Virus record (IMG/VR): IMGVR_UViG_3300048854_000126
Span: 1 to 64,000 of that record
Length of the DNA stretch: 64,000 nt
Reading direction: 5' to 3' (one strand)
Origin: a virus
Under the pieces are notes generated by a model. That model did no database searches. It worked only from the letters and a program-made list of their open reading frames with translations, and was not told the origin of the DNA. Positions 36,197 through 46,350 of the stretch are shown piece by piece. Position 1 is the stretch's first letter; every line of letters starts with the position of its first letter. The position numbers were made by a program, and so were the translations under genes.

Positions 36197-38157
36197 TGGA
36201 ATTTCTCAAACTTCGGGCCGTTAACTTCCTGACCCTCGGTGACTCGGGCGACTTGTTCCTGAAGGACCGCGGGCTCGTGCTCATTCAGGGCGTGAACAAG
36301 GACGACACGTCCACCATCTCGAACGGCGCGGGTAAGTCGTCGATCGCCGACGCACTGTGCTGGGCGCTCTTCGGCACCACCGCGCGGGATGAATCGGGCG
36401 ATTCCGTCATCAACGAAAAGGCGAAGAAGGGCTGCTACGTGTCGGTCATCCTGCAGGACGGAGAGTCGATCTACGAGATCCGCCGGCACCGCAAGGACAA
36501 AGCATTTAAGAACGGGATCACGATCACGCTGTGGAACCCCGCGCAGAAGTATCACGATGGCGCAGCGGGTGAGCGCATCGAGAAGGGCACCGAGAAGGAA
36601 ATTCAGGCGCAGATCATCGAGATCGTCGGCTGTAACCACGACGTGTTCAAGTCGGCAATCTATGCAGGCCAGGAGGATATGCCTGACCTGCCGAAGATGA
36701 CCGACAAGCCGCTGAAGATGCTGATCGAAAAGGCGTCGGGCATCGAACGTCTGGAGAAAGCCTACGAGATCGCGAACAAGCGGCGTGACGACGCGAAAGC
36801 CGCGGTCGAGGCGCAAACCACGAAGATTGCCTCGCTCGAGGGCCACATCGTCAACTGGAAGGTGTCGCTCGCTCAAGCTGAAACGCGGCACGCGGCGTTC
36901 GAAGCCGGCCGCCCGGCACAGCGCGACGCACACGTTGCGAACCAGACCGCCATTGCCGACGCGCTGCGCAAGAATTTTGAAACCTACAAGAGCCTGAACG
37001 AGCCCGAGCTCACCGCGGAGCGCGACAAGCTGCAAGCGGTCCTGACCGAGCACAACAAGTTCGGGGTCGAGCGCAACGCGCTGGTCAAGGCAGAGAGCGA
37101 GGCAAACACCGCGCTCACCGTTCGGCAGCGTGACTTCGAGCAAACCCGCAAGCAGATGCTGACCGCGGTGGATGCGATCAAGAATGCGCCGGCCGCGATG
37201 GCGAAGCCTTGCACCGAATGCGGCAAGCCTCACACACCTGAAGAGCTCGGCGACTTCGTGGCGCACCAGACCAAGCGTGCAAAGGAACTGGGTATCGAGG
37301 CGACGAAGATTCAGGCCGAAGTGACGGACTTGCAGAACAAGGCGGCCGCCGCGAACAAGGCGCTCACCGACTTCGAAGCGACCATCCCCGACGTGTCGGC
37401 GACGTCCACGCGCTTGGCACAGGTGAACGCGTCGCTCAACGCATGCCAGCAGTTGAAGAACGCGATCCAGACCCAGCGCACCGCGCACGACCAGGCGAAG
37501 GCTGCGGCGGAAGCGGCAATGACCGTGGTGAACCCGGAGCAGTCCGCGATCGACATGGGCAAGGCGCAGATCGCCGATATCGACGCGCAGATCGACGCGA
37601 TCAAGAAAGGCTCGGAGGCGCTCATCAAGGCGGTCGAGATCGCCGAGAGCGTGGTGAAGGTGTTCAGCCCGGGCGGCGTTCGTGCCCAGATCCTCGACAC
37701 CGTGACGCCATTCCTGAACGACCGCACGTCCGACTATCTGTCGGCACTGTCGGACGGGAACATCAGCGCTGTCTGGTCAACGCTCACCACGACCGCGAAG
37801 GGCGAGCTCCGCGAGAAATTCAACATCGAGGTCGAGAACGCCACAGGCGCGAAAACGTTCGGTGGTTTGTCGGGCGGGGAAAAGCGCAAGGTGCGGCTAG
37901 CGACGATGCTCGCGCTGCAGGACTTGGTCGCGTCCCGTGCGACGAAGCCGATCGGTATGTGGATGGGTGACGAGATCGATGACGCACTCGACGCGGCCGG
38001 GCTCGAGCGCCTGATGACCGTCCTAGAACAGAAGGCACGTGAGAAGGGCACGGTGCTCATCATCAGCCACGAGTCGCTGAGTGATTGGTGCGACCAGATC
38101 GCGACCGTCACGAAGGAGGGCGGCCAGTCAACGGTGGCGGGCGTGCTGAGCGCATGA
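36196..38157 (+). CDS. SbcC/Rad50/gp46-like ATPase
   Basis: NGAGKS, CTEC zinc hook, LSGGEK, DEIDD, IISH. Confidence 0.9.
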   Translation: MEFLKLRAVNFLTLGDSGDLFLKDRGLVLIQGVNKDDTSTISNGAGKSSIADALCWALFGTTARDESGDSVINEKAKKGCYVSVILQDGESIYEIRRHRKDKAFKNGITITLWNPAQKYHDGAAGERIEKGTEKEIQAQIIEIVGCNHDVFKSAIYAGQEDMPDLPKMTDKPLKMLIEKASGIERLEKAYEIANKRRDDAKAAVEAQTTKIASLEGHIVNWKVSLAQAETRHAAFEAGRPAQRDAHVANQTAIADALRKNFETYKSLNEPELTAERDKLQAVLTEHNKFGVERNALVKAESEANTALTVRQRDFEQTRKQMLTAVDAIKNAPAAMAKPCTECGKPHTPEELGDFVAHQTKRAKELGIEATKIQAEVTDLQNKAAAANKALTDFEATIPDVSATSTRLAQVNASLNACQQLKNAIQTQRTAHDQAKAAAEAAMTVVNPEQSAIDMGKAQIADIDAQIDAIKKGSEALIKAVEIAESVVKVFSPGGVRAQILDTVTPFLNDRTSDYLSALSDGNISAVWSTLTTTAKGELREKFNIEVENATGAKTFGGLSGGEKRKVRLATMLALQDLVASRATKPIGMWMGDEIDDALDAAGLERLMTVLEQKAREKGTVLIISHESLSDWCDQIATVTKEGGQSTVAGVLSA

Positions 38158-38759
38158 ACCGTGTTGTCCTTGCCGGGCGTCGCTTCGGCAAGACCGCGAT
38201 GATGCGCGAATGGATGGAACGGGCGGCCGGCGGGCAGATACCGGAGGGCGGTATGGGGAACATGTTTGATGACCTGAAGTCGGCAGCAACCGGCTTTGTT
38301 CAACGTATGGATGAGGATAGAAAGATGACTGACGAAAAGCGGGCAGCAGGGCAGAAGGTCGCCGACGCGATCAACCAGGCGGTGAAGAACGTCGGGCCGC
38401 AGACCGGGCGACGCATGAACCTGACCGGGCCGGCGAGCCTGTCGATCAAGACGCGCCAGGGCACTTACAAAACCAAGGCGTTCCTGGGCGATGAGGCGTT
38501 CACGCTTACGGGCGCATACATGGGCAAGCGGGGCGACATCATCGGCATCTACAAGAACACGCTGCCGGTCGATTACGCCTTCATGGAGATGCCACTCAAG
38601 GACGCGGACGAGAAGCTCAGGGGCCACCGGGATTATCTGAACGAGTTGCAGATTCCCGACTACGGCACCGTGATCGCGCACTTCGAGTCGCAGAAGGAGC
38701 AGGCGCGCGCAGTTGAAACGGCCGAGTTGATGACCGATCCGGCATTTGGCAGTTGGTAA
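38154..38759 (+). CDS. Hypothetical protein, ends DPAFGSW
   Basis: ATGA coupling with sbcC; start uncertain. Confidence 0.55.
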   Translation: MNRVVLAGRRFGKTAMMREWMERAAGGQIPEGGMGNMFDDLKSAATGFVQRMDEDRKMTDEKRAAGQKVADAINQAVKNVGPQTGRRMNLTGPASLSIKTRQGTYKTKAFLGDEAFTLTGAYMGKRGDIIGIYKNTLPVDYAFMEMPLKDADEKLRGHRDYLNELQIPDYGTVIAHFESQKEQARAVETAELMTDPAFGSW

Positions 38760-38768
38760 GAGGAAATC

Positions 38769-39347
38769 ATGAAAGTGAAACTGATAGGGCTGGACCCGTC
38801 CCTGACGAACACGGGCATCGCGATCATGGAATACGACATTCACACGGCGGAGCTGTCGGTATCGGAACTGCGGCTGGTCAAGACGAAAAACGAGAAGGGC
38901 AAGCAGGTCCGTCAGAATTCGGACGATCTGCGTCGCTGTCGGGAAATCGTCGCGGGCATTCACGCCGCATGCAACGGCGCACTCTTCGCCGTGTCAGAAA
39001 TCCCGATGGGCGCACAGAGCGCACGCGCAGCGCTCGCGTTCGGCATGGTCATCGGGATGCTTGCGAACTTGCCTGTGCCGCTCATTCAGGTCAGCCCGAC
39101 CGAGGTGAAGATGGCTGTCGTCGGGCACAAGCAGGCGGCGAAGGAGGAAATGATCGACTGGGCGGTGAAGACATACCCGGACGCGGGCTGGCTCCTGCAG
39201 GAAAAGAACGGTGCCACCTTCAAGAAGGGCGATCTGAAGGCTGAGAACGAGCACCTGGCCGATGGCTGCGCGGTCGTCCACGCCGGTATCTTCACCGATC
39301 AGTTCAAGAACGCGCTCGCCATGCTGCAGTTCGCGAAGGCGGCCTGA
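38769..39347 (+). CDS. RuvC-like Holliday junction resolvase
   Basis: IGLDPSLTNTG, SEIP, PTEVK...AAKEEMI, HLADG. Confidence 0.85.
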   Translation: MKVKLIGLDPSLTNTGIAIMEYDIHTAELSVSELRLVKTKNEKGKQVRQNSDDLRRCREIVAGIHAACNGALFAVSEIPMGAQSARAALAFGMVIGMLANLPVPLIQVSPTEVKMAVVGHKQAAKEEMIDWAVKTYPDAGWLLQEKNGATFKKGDLKAENEHLADGCAVVHAGIFTDQFKNALAMLQFAKAA

Positions 39348-39348
39348 C

Positions 39349-39588
39349 ATGCGCGGCGTTCTGAAAGGCAGTGTCCGGGATATGCGCTACGAGAAGGACC
39401 ATGACCGTGACGTGATGAAAGTCACGATTGTGCTGGACGTCTATGCGAAGCCTGACTTCGAGAACACGAACTACATGCCCGGTGAGTTTGTTGATGTCTG
39501 CTTTGGTGGCGCACTTCCCCAACCGATGCGCCCGCTCTACGAAGTGCCAATGGCAGATGCACCCGACGAGCGCAGCAGCAGCTGGTAG
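39349..39588 (+). CDS. Small hypothetical protein, ends SSSW
   Basis: Follows ruvC with a 1-nt gap. Confidence 0.45.
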   Translation: MRGVLKGSVRDMRYEKDHDRDVMKVTIVLDVYAKPDFENTNYMPGEFVDVCFGGALPQPMRPLYEVPMADAPDERSSSW

Positions 39589-39703
39589 CCAACCTATACT
39601 GAACTATGTGAGGTCGCAAGTCGCGGCTTTTATTTTGCCTGTGCGCAATAGTAAGCGCTGACTTATACTCACTTCCCCGTAACGCAAAGCGAGAGAAACA
39701 TCC

Positions 39704-41965
39704 ATGAACGTAGTAAAGCGCGACGGCTCGGTCGAGCCGCTCAACGTAGAGAAAATCCAGAAGTGCGTCGAATGGGCTTGCAGCGGCCTGAGCGTGTCGC
39801 AGTCCGAGCTCGAAACGAGCGCCGGGCTGATGTTCTTCGACGGGATCACCACCGCGCAGATCCACCGCGCGATGATCCTCGCAGGCGGCGGCCTCATCAG
39901 CCTCGAGTCGCCCGATTACACCTACGTTGCAGCGCGCCTTCTGAAGCAGCAGCTTTTCAAGGAATCGGTCGGCTCGATCGAATACCCGCCGCTCGAACTG
40001 TATGTGACGTATGGCGCGGAGCTGGGCAAGCTCTCGACGGAGCTCGTTGACGGCCGCTGGGATTACCGGGCGCTCGAAGCGGCAATCGTGCCGGATCGCG
40101 ACTACAAATTCGACTATCTGGGCCTGCAAACGCTGGCTGATCGCTACTTCATCCGGGAGACGCCGGAGGGTCGCATCATCGAAATGCCGCAGCACTTTTT
40201 CATGCGCGTCGCAATGGGCTTGGCCCTGCGTGAAGACAACCCGACCGCGCGTGCCATTGAGTTCTACAACGTCCTGTCGTCGCATGAGTTCATCAACTCG
40301 ACCCCGACGCTGTTCAACTCGGCGACCCTGCACCAGCAAATGTCGTCGTGCTATGGCAATCAGGTGGGCGACTCCATCGTGTCGGACCCGGGCGAGCACC
40401 CCTACAACTCGATTTACGGCGCGATCACCGAATGCGCATTGCTCTCGAAGTATGCCGGCGGCATCGGCACTGACTGGACCCCGGTGCGCGGCAAGAACAG
40501 CCACATCAAGGGCACAAACGGCAAGTCCTCGGGCGTGGTCCCGTATCTGAAGGTCTACAACGACACCGCCGTCGCCGTGAACCAAGGCGGCAAGCGCAAG
40601 GGCAGCTTCGCGCCGTATCTCGAGACGTGGCACCCGGATATCCTGGCGTTCCTCGACCTGAAGAAAAACACGGGCGACGATCACGACCGCACGCACGACA
40701 TTTTCCCGGCGAACTGGATTCCCGACCTTTTCATGGAGCGCATGCTTGAGAAGGGCGTGTGGCACCTGTTCGACCCGCACAGCCACCCGGAGCTGCACGA
40801 GCTCTATGGCGACGCGTTCAAGCAGCGCTACGAGGAGCTGGAGGCGGCCGGCGCATATGTGGGCGAGATTCCGGCTGTCGAGCTCTGGCGCAAGATGCTG
40901 ACCGCGCTGTTCGAAACGGGCAACCCGTGGATCACGTTCAAGGACGAGATGAACCGGCGCAATCCGCAAAGCCATTGCGGGGTCATCCACAACTCGAACC
41001 TGTGCACGGAGATCGCCCTGAACAACTCGGAAGACGAGACGTTCGTGTGCAACCTCGGCTCGGTCAACGTCGCCGAAGTGAACCCGTTCGACGAGCCGAC
41101 GCGGTTCAAGCGCGTCATCAAAACCGCGATGCGCATGCTGGACAACGTGATCGACATCAACTTCTACCCAAGCGATCGGGCGAAGACCGCGAACATGCGG
41201 CACCGCCCGGTCGGGCTGGGGCTGATGGGCCTGTCGGATCTGCTCGCTCAGCGCGGCATCGACTGGGAGTCGGACGAATGCGTTGAACTGAACGACACCC
41301 TGCTGGAGCACCTGTCGTTTGAGGCGATCAATGCTTCGGTGGACCTGGCCATCGAGCGCGGCGCCTACAGCACGTTTGAAGGCTCGAAGTGGTCGCAGGG
41401 CATTTTGCCGATCGACACGGCCCGCGACCAGTCGTCGAGCCTTGACTGGAGCGAAACCCGCGAGCGCGTCATGCAGTTCGGCATGCGCAACAGCAACACG
41501 ATGGCGATTGCTCCGACCGCGACGATCAGCAACATCATCGGGGTGTCGCCGTGTGTCGAGCCGAACTTCGAGCTCTTCCACTCGAAGAAGAACATGGGTG
41601 GCAAGTTCCTGGTCATCGCACCTGCGCTGCGCTACGCCAAACCGGGTCAGAAGGTGAAGACCGCCTTCGAAATCGACCCGATGTGGATCATCAAGGCCGC
41701 AGAGCGACGGCAGAAGTGGATCGACCAGGCCCAGTCCACCAACATCTGGATCAAGGCCGGCACGAAGGGCAAGGTGCTCTCGCAGATTTACATCGAGGCA
41801 TGGAAGCGCGGTCTGAAAACGACCTACTACCTGCGCACCGAGTCGGTCACCTCCACGACTGAGGAAGCGCCCGTGACGACGGAAGCGGCTCCGGCGGGTG
41901 ACGTGATGGAGGCGGAAGTGAACATGTGCTCCATCGACAACCCCGAATGCGAGTCGTGCCAGTAA
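39704..41965 (+). CDS. nrdA: Ribonucleotide reductase class Ia alpha subunit with ATP cone
   Basis: VVKRDG, STPTLFN, SNLCTEI, APTATIS, LKTTYY, C-terminal CESC; operator at 39648-39665 upstream. Confidence 0.95.
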   Translation: MNVVKRDGSVEPLNVEKIQKCVEWACSGLSVSQSELETSAGLMFFDGITTAQIHRAMILAGGGLISLESPDYTYVAARLLKQQLFKESVGSIEYPPLELYVTYGAELGKLSTELVDGRWDYRALEAAIVPDRDYKFDYLGLQTLADRYFIRETPEGRIIEMPQHFFMRVAMGLALREDNPTARAIEFYNVLSSHEFINSTPTLFNSATLHQQMSSCYGNQVGDSIVSDPGEHPYNSIYGAITECALLSKYAGGIGTDWTPVRGKNSHIKGTNGKSSGVVPYLKVYNDTAVAVNQGGKRKGSFAPYLETWHPDILAFLDLKKNTGDDHDRTHDIFPANWIPDLFMERMLEKGVWHLFDPHSHPELHELYGDAFKQRYEELEAAGAYVGEIPAVELWRKMLTALFETGNPWITFKDEMNRRNPQSHCGVIHNSNLCTEIALNNSEDETFVCNLGSVNVAEVNPFDEPTRFKRVIKTAMRMLDNVIDINFYPSDRAKTANMRHRPVGLGLMGLSDLLAQRGIDWESDECVELNDTLLEHLSFEAINASVDLAIERGAYSTFEGSKWSQGILPIDTARDQSSSLDWSETRERVMQFGMRNSNTMAIAPTATISNIIGVSPCVEPNFELFHSKKNMGGKFLVIAPALRYAKPGQKVKTAFEIDPMWIIKAAERRQKWIDQAQSTNIWIKAGTKGKVLSQIYIEAWKRGLKTTYYLRTESVTSTTEEAPVTTEAAPAGDVMEAEVNMCSIDNPECESCQ

Positions 41966-42005
41966 CCAACTAGGAGGGGCCGGGCAACCGGCCCTTTTAA
42001 CCCTT

Positions 42006-42251
42006 ATGACCATCATTGATCTTGCAGCACGCCGCGCCGCGAAGAAGGCTGCGCCCGAACCCTTGCCCGAAGTGCCTGCCGCAACACAGGCCGCGATTGA
42101 GCAGAGCGTCGCGCAGTTCGGCTTTGCCCACTCGCTAGTCGGTCAGACCTTGCGGTTCTATGCCAATCAGGGCTTCGACCACGGGCAGCGCGCACACGAG
42201 GCGCTCACCGCCATGAACCAAACACTCGCATTGACACCCGAGGCATCGTAA
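42006..42251 (+). CDS. Small hypothetical protein between nrdA and nrdB
   Basis: TAATG coupling with nrdB. Confidence 0.5.
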   Translation: MTIIDLAARRAAKKAAPEPLPEVPAATQAAIEQSVAQFGFAHSLVGQTLRFYANQGFDHGQRAHEALTAMNQTLALTPEAS

Positions 42252-43243
42252 TGACGAACTACGCGCAGATTATCAACGACCGCCGACTCGCGTTCGGCCC
42301 ACGCAGCGACCTGATGGCGATCTCTCCCGCGAAGCACAAGTGGGCGCGCGACATGTGGAAGCGCATGAAGAGCAACAACTGGGACTTGCACGAGACGGAC
42401 CTGACCGAAGACGGCCCGTGCTACCGCACCCGCCTGACGGACGGCGAGCGCTTCGCCTACGACAGCGCGCTCTCGTTCGCATCGAACCTCGACGGCATTC
42501 AGCTGCACAGCCTGTCCAATATCGAGGCGTGCATTACCTCGCCGGAAGTCGAGATGTGCATTAAGCGCCAGATGTATGAGGAGGCGCTGCACGTCGATGC
42601 CTATAGCGAAATGGTCGAGACAGTATCCGCGGACCCGATGGCCGTCTACATGCGGTTCGAGCAAGACGGAATGCTCGCAGCAAAGAACGAGCACATCCTT
42701 GCCCAGTCGCGCATTCTTGCGGGTGACAAGACGCCCGCGCAGTTCGCCCGCTCGATCGTCGCCAACATCGCCCTTGAGGGCATCTATTTCTACAGCGCGT
42801 TCCTGGTGTTCTATGCGCTTGCGCGCAACGGGAAGATGACCGGCTCGGCCGACAGCGTGAAGCTGATCCATCGCGACGAGCGCACGCATCTGGACCTGTT
42901 CAAGAAGATGCACGAGACGAACAAGGCAGAGCGCCCGGAGCTCTACGACGCGCAGTTCTATCGCGACGCCGAATTCCTGCTGCGCGATGCGGTGGACCTC
43001 GAGTCGAAGTGGGGTGGCTACATCGTCAGCAAGGGCATGCTGGGGCTCACAGCGCCGATCGTCACGGGATTCCTGCAGGCGACTGCGAACGAACGCGCCG
43101 TCGAGATCGGGTTGCCGGTGCTTTACCCGGGCGTGAAGTCGCCGGTGCCGTGGTTCAAACCGTTCTCGGAAGGGGAGGAGGCTAACTTCTTCGAAGCCAA
43201 GGTCGGTGACTACGCGGTGGGCACGCTCGACGACTGGGATTAA
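42251..43243 (+). CDS. nrdB: Ribonucleotide reductase beta subunit
   Basis: LDG, EALHVDAY (radical Tyr), EGIYFYSAF, RDERTH, NFFE. Confidence 0.95.
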   Translation: MTNYAQIINDRRLAFGPRSDLMAISPAKHKWARDMWKRMKSNNWDLHETDLTEDGPCYRTRLTDGERFAYDSALSFASNLDGIQLHSLSNIEACITSPEVEMCIKRQMYEEALHVDAYSEMVETVSADPMAVYMRFEQDGMLAAKNEHILAQSRILAGDKTPAQFARSIVANIALEGIYFYSAFLVFYALARNGKMTGSADSVKLIHRDERTHLDLFKKMHETNKAERPELYDAQFYRDAEFLLRDAVDLESKWGGYIVSKGMLGLTAPIVTGFLQATANERAVEIGLPVLYPGVKSPVPWFKPFSEGEEANFFEAKVGDYAVGTLDDWD

Positions 43244-43326
43244 TTGGACGTTAAGTAATAGTAACGAGTGACTATACTATGACTTAACCGCCCGATTTCG
43301 ACCGGGCGTTATCTGAGGGAGCAACG

Positions 43327-43518
43327 ATGAAGAGGAACCTGCTGTGCCTTTTGGGCGTGGCCGTGCTGACGGTGTTCGCCACGGTGGTGACCGGCTCATA
43401 CCGGAATGACGCCGTAGCAGCGTCGGTCGTGATCCCGCCGCACGTGCCCGTCACGCAGTCGGCACCGATGGTCCCGGTGCCGCGCGCCAACACATACGTG
43501 TATCGACCAGCGCATTAG
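43327..43518 (+). CDS. Small secreted/membrane peptide
   Basis: GGGAG RBS; signal-like N-terminus; operator 43258-43275 upstream. Confidence 0.5.
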   Translation: MKRNLLCLLGVAVLTVFATVVTGSYRNDAVAASVVIPPHVPVTQSAPMVPVPRANTYVYRPAH

Positions 43519-43579
43519 TCGCGCCATGAGTCGGTGTTGAGATTTGAGGTCGGGCATCGCGCCCGACTGAATCAGAGAA

Positions 43580-43795
43580 GTCATTGAAGCCGCGCCGCAA
43601 GCAAATCCCCGGTAGTGCCCGCGTGACCGGATAAACGCGCACAAATGAAAGGGTAGTAGCTGGGCGGGCCTAGCAAACGCAGACGGTGAACACGTAGAAG
43701 CTGAACCTACGCTCTCCCGCGGTCCTTGTGACCGGCATCGTATATCTGCGATGGCGCCGGATCGTTCCCGGCAGCGGCCTCAATGACGTCTTTTT
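43580..43795 (+). ncRNA. Unclassified multi-stem structured RNA upstream of thyX
   Basis: Closing stem 43580-43597/43769-43787 encloses several hairpins; U-tract follows; strand inferred. Confidence 0.5.
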
Positions 43796-43808
43796 ACGAG
43801 GAGAACCC

Positions 43809-44870
43809 ATGATCGAACTGAACGGAAAGGGCTGTCGCGTGCGCGTGATCGCCGACAGCATCGCAAATTTGCCCAATAACAAGGCGCGGATTAGCACGTT
43901 GGAGCTGCGCTACTGGCGTGCGATCCATGCCGAAGCAAAAACCCACCGCATCATCTCGCTGGGTGGCGAGGAATACGCGCTCACACAGGACGAGAGCATC
44001 ATGAGTGCCACCGAGCTCTCGCGCAACGCCAGCTCGTCCCGGGCTATCCCGGTTGCCAAGATGATCGAGCAGGTCCGGAATGACCCGGCCGGCCCGATTC
44101 ATTGGGGCGCAAACCAGCCTGGCATGCAGGCACAGGCAGAAGCTTCCGAGCGCGTCGTGCTGGAAGAGTATGAGCAGTTCGACAACCCATCGGACCAGCC
44201 GCTGCATCTGCTCGGCGCGGTTGAATACACCCCGCAAGAGGCGTGGCGTCAAGCTGCGTATCGCGCGGCCGACGTCGCTGAAGCCTACATGAAGGCCGGC
44301 TACCACAAGCAGGTGGTTAATCGGTTGCTCGAGCCGTTCCAATACATCAGCGTGATCGTCACAGCAACGGAATGGGACAACTTCTTCGCGCTTCGCGATC
44401 ACGCCGACGCCCAGCCTGAGATCGCGGACCTCGCACGGACCATGAAGGCGGCGTTGGCCAAGTCCACGCCGATCAAGCGCAATAACGACCGGGGCGACCC
44501 CAACAGCTGGCACTTGCCGTATGTGCTCGACAGCGAGCGCAAGCGCTATCGCGTGGACGTGTTGCAGGCCCTCTCGACGGCCCGTAACGCCCGCGTGTCG
44601 TATCTCACCCATGACGGGGCAGAGCCGCGTCCGGAGAAGGACCTGGAGCTCTACGAACGTCTGGTCGGCGCAGAGCCGCTGCACGCGAGCCCGACCGAAC
44701 ACATCGCGGCACCGCTCGCGCGCGGCGACGAGCAGCACAAGAACTTCAAGGGCTGGCACCAGTATCGCGGTGACGTGGAGATTCGCATCGCCCGCGCAAA
44801 GAAGTCCGCGCCGACGTTCTACTTCGACACCTATCGGCCTGAAGAAGCGCCGTTCGCAGTTCGCGCGTAA
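43809..44870 (+). CDS. thyX: ThyX/Thy1-like flavin-dependent thymidylate synthase
   Basis: THR...SRNASSSRAIP, HKQVVNRLLEPF, NFFALR, AQPEI, HASPTEH. Confidence 0.75.
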   Translation: MIELNGKGCRVRVIADSIANLPNNKARISTLELRYWRAIHAEAKTHRIISLGGEEYALTQDESIMSATELSRNASSSRAIPVAKMIEQVRNDPAGPIHWGANQPGMQAQAEASERVVLEEYEQFDNPSDQPLHLLGAVEYTPQEAWRQAAYRAADVAEAYMKAGYHKQVVNRLLEPFQYISVIVTATEWDNFFALRDHADAQPEIADLARTMKAALAKSTPIKRNNDRGDPNSWHLPYVLDSERKRYRVDVLQALSTARNARVSYLTHDGAEPRPEKDLELYERLVGAEPLHASPTEHIAAPLARGDEQHKNFKGWHQYRGDVEIRIARAKKSAPTFYFDTYRPEEAPFAVRA

Positions 44871-44941
44871 CAAGCAAGCTGCCTGACTATAATAAATAGT
44901 AAGCAGTGACCTATATACAGCAGTCTTAACGAGGAGTTTTC

Positions 44942-45619
44942 ATGACGAAAGTAGCAAACACGATGGATTCAACGACCTACGCTCGCGCGGTTCTCGAAAC
45001 GGAATCGAAACCGAAATCGATCAACTTCGGACCCATGACGCTCGCGCTGGCGTTGCAGCTGGCGATCGAGACGAGCAAGGTGCTGGATCAGGTCAAGCGG
45101 GCGATCTACTACGGCAAGGATATCGACCAGAAAATCGCCATGGGCGCACTGGAAACGATCGCCAAGCTCTCGAATGACATCGCGTTCCCGGTCGGCAGCG
45201 GTCGCTATCGCGACCCGCGCGATGCCGACTTCTACCCGAATGTGGCGCAGGAGAGCCGTCAAAACATTTCCCTGGATGCGCTGAACGTTCGCCTGTTGCA
45301 CGCGGCCCTCGGCTTGCAGACCGAATCGGGCGAGTTCATCGAAGCGCTGATGCCGACGCTGTTCGGCGGCCCGCTCGACAAGGTGAACCTGCTGGAAGAA
45401 CTGGGCGATGGCCCGGGCTGGTATGCGGAAGTGGCGCTCGATGAGCTCGGCTTCACCCGCGAGCAGTGCAACTTCACGAATATCAAGAAGCTGCAGGACA
45501 AGAGGAACGGCCGCTACAAGAAGGGTGCATTCGATCCGAACGCTGCCGTCCAGCGTGACACGGCCGCCGAGCGTGGTCTGTTGGAAGACGGCGCGTCCAG
45601 CGAGCGCAAGGCTGCCTGA
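44942..45619 (+). CDS. MazG-like NTP pyrophosphohydrolase
   Basis: HAALGLQTESGEF...EELGD...WY...NIKKL; operator 44896-44913 upstream. Confidence 0.75.
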   Translation: MTKVANTMDSTTYARAVLETESKPKSINFGPMTLALALQLAIETSKVLDQVKRAIYYGKDIDQKIAMGALETIAKLSNDIAFPVGSGRYRDPRDADFYPNVAQESRQNISLDALNVRLLHAALGLQTESGEFIEALMPTLFGGPLDKVNLLEELGDGPGWYAEVALDELGFTREQCNFTNIKKLQDKRNGRYKKGAFDPNAAVQRDTAAERGLLEDGASSERKAA

Positions 45620-46245
45620 TGCTTGGCCTCTGCGGACCCCACCGAACGGGAAAGAGCACGCTCGCAAAGGCGTTCGCAGAAGCTACCGGCACACGGTATG
45701 TGCAAACCGGGGCTTCCGCAACGTTCGCGCGACTCGGTTTCGACCCGAAGAAGGACTACGACTTCGCGACGCGGCTCAAGATCCAGCGCGAGATTCTGCG
45801 TGACTGCAATGCGCTCTACGAGAAGGCAGGGGTGCGGTTCATTACTGATCGCACGCCGATCGACTTGCTGGGCTATACGCTCGCTGACGTGACGCGCGAA
45901 AACGTCCCGCTTGCGCTCGCGGCCGGTCTGGATAGCTACATCGCCGAGTGCTACGCGTGTGTGAACCAGCATTTCACCACGCTGGTCCTGGTCCAGCCCG
46001 GTATTCCGCTGGTCGAGGCGGAAGGGAAGGCTCCGGCCAACCCTGCCTACATCGAGCACTTGAACGCCCTGATGCTGGGCTTGATGGCAGCCGAGCCGCT
46101 CGAGTGCGACCACTACAAGATTCCTCGTGCCTGCATTGACCTGGATCTTCGAGTGGCGGCGGTCGGGCAAGCGGCGAGCCGGTCTGCGTCACGCCATGTG
46201 GCGTCGATGGCAGCGGCGCACGAAGCAGGGCTTGTGCTGCATTAA
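45619..46245 (+). CDS. P-loop nucleotide kinase (AAA_28/NadR-like)
   Basis: GPHRTGKST and ITDRTPID. Confidence 0.75.
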   Translation: MLGLCGPHRTGKSTLAKAFAEATGTRYVQTGASATFARLGFDPKKDYDFATRLKIQREILRDCNALYEKAGVRFITDRTPIDLLGYTLADVTRENVPLALAAGLDSYIAECYACVNQHFTTLVLVQPGIPLVEAEGKAPANPAYIEHLNALMLGLMAAEPLECDHYKIPRACIDLDLRVAAVGQAASRSASRHVASMAAAHEAGLVLH

Positions 46246-46350
46246 ATCCGTAGGATAAAATAAGTCATCGCTGACTATTGCCGATAAGAGAGAACTACAC
46301 TTCAAGGTGTCGGTTCTCTCTTTAAATTCAATTACATACAGGACGTCACC

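Noticed and set aside
25803-41965. Inteins or introns in dnaE, recA or nrdA
   Set aside because: Lengths and motif order are continuous; no splice-junction or LAGLIDADG motifs seen
39422-42016. 864-aa minus-strand ORF, and similar long antisense ORFs at 36118..37488, 26904..27986 and 31916..33031
   Set aside because: Shadow frames of high-GC plus-strand genes (nrdA, sbcC, dnaE, recA)
43580-43790. Cobalamin riboswitch, tRNA, tmRNA, RNase P or SRP identity for the structured RNA
   Set aside because: No AGGGAA/B12 box, no T-loop GTTCRA with CCA end, no GAGGAAAGTCC and no SRP domain IV motif; left unclassified
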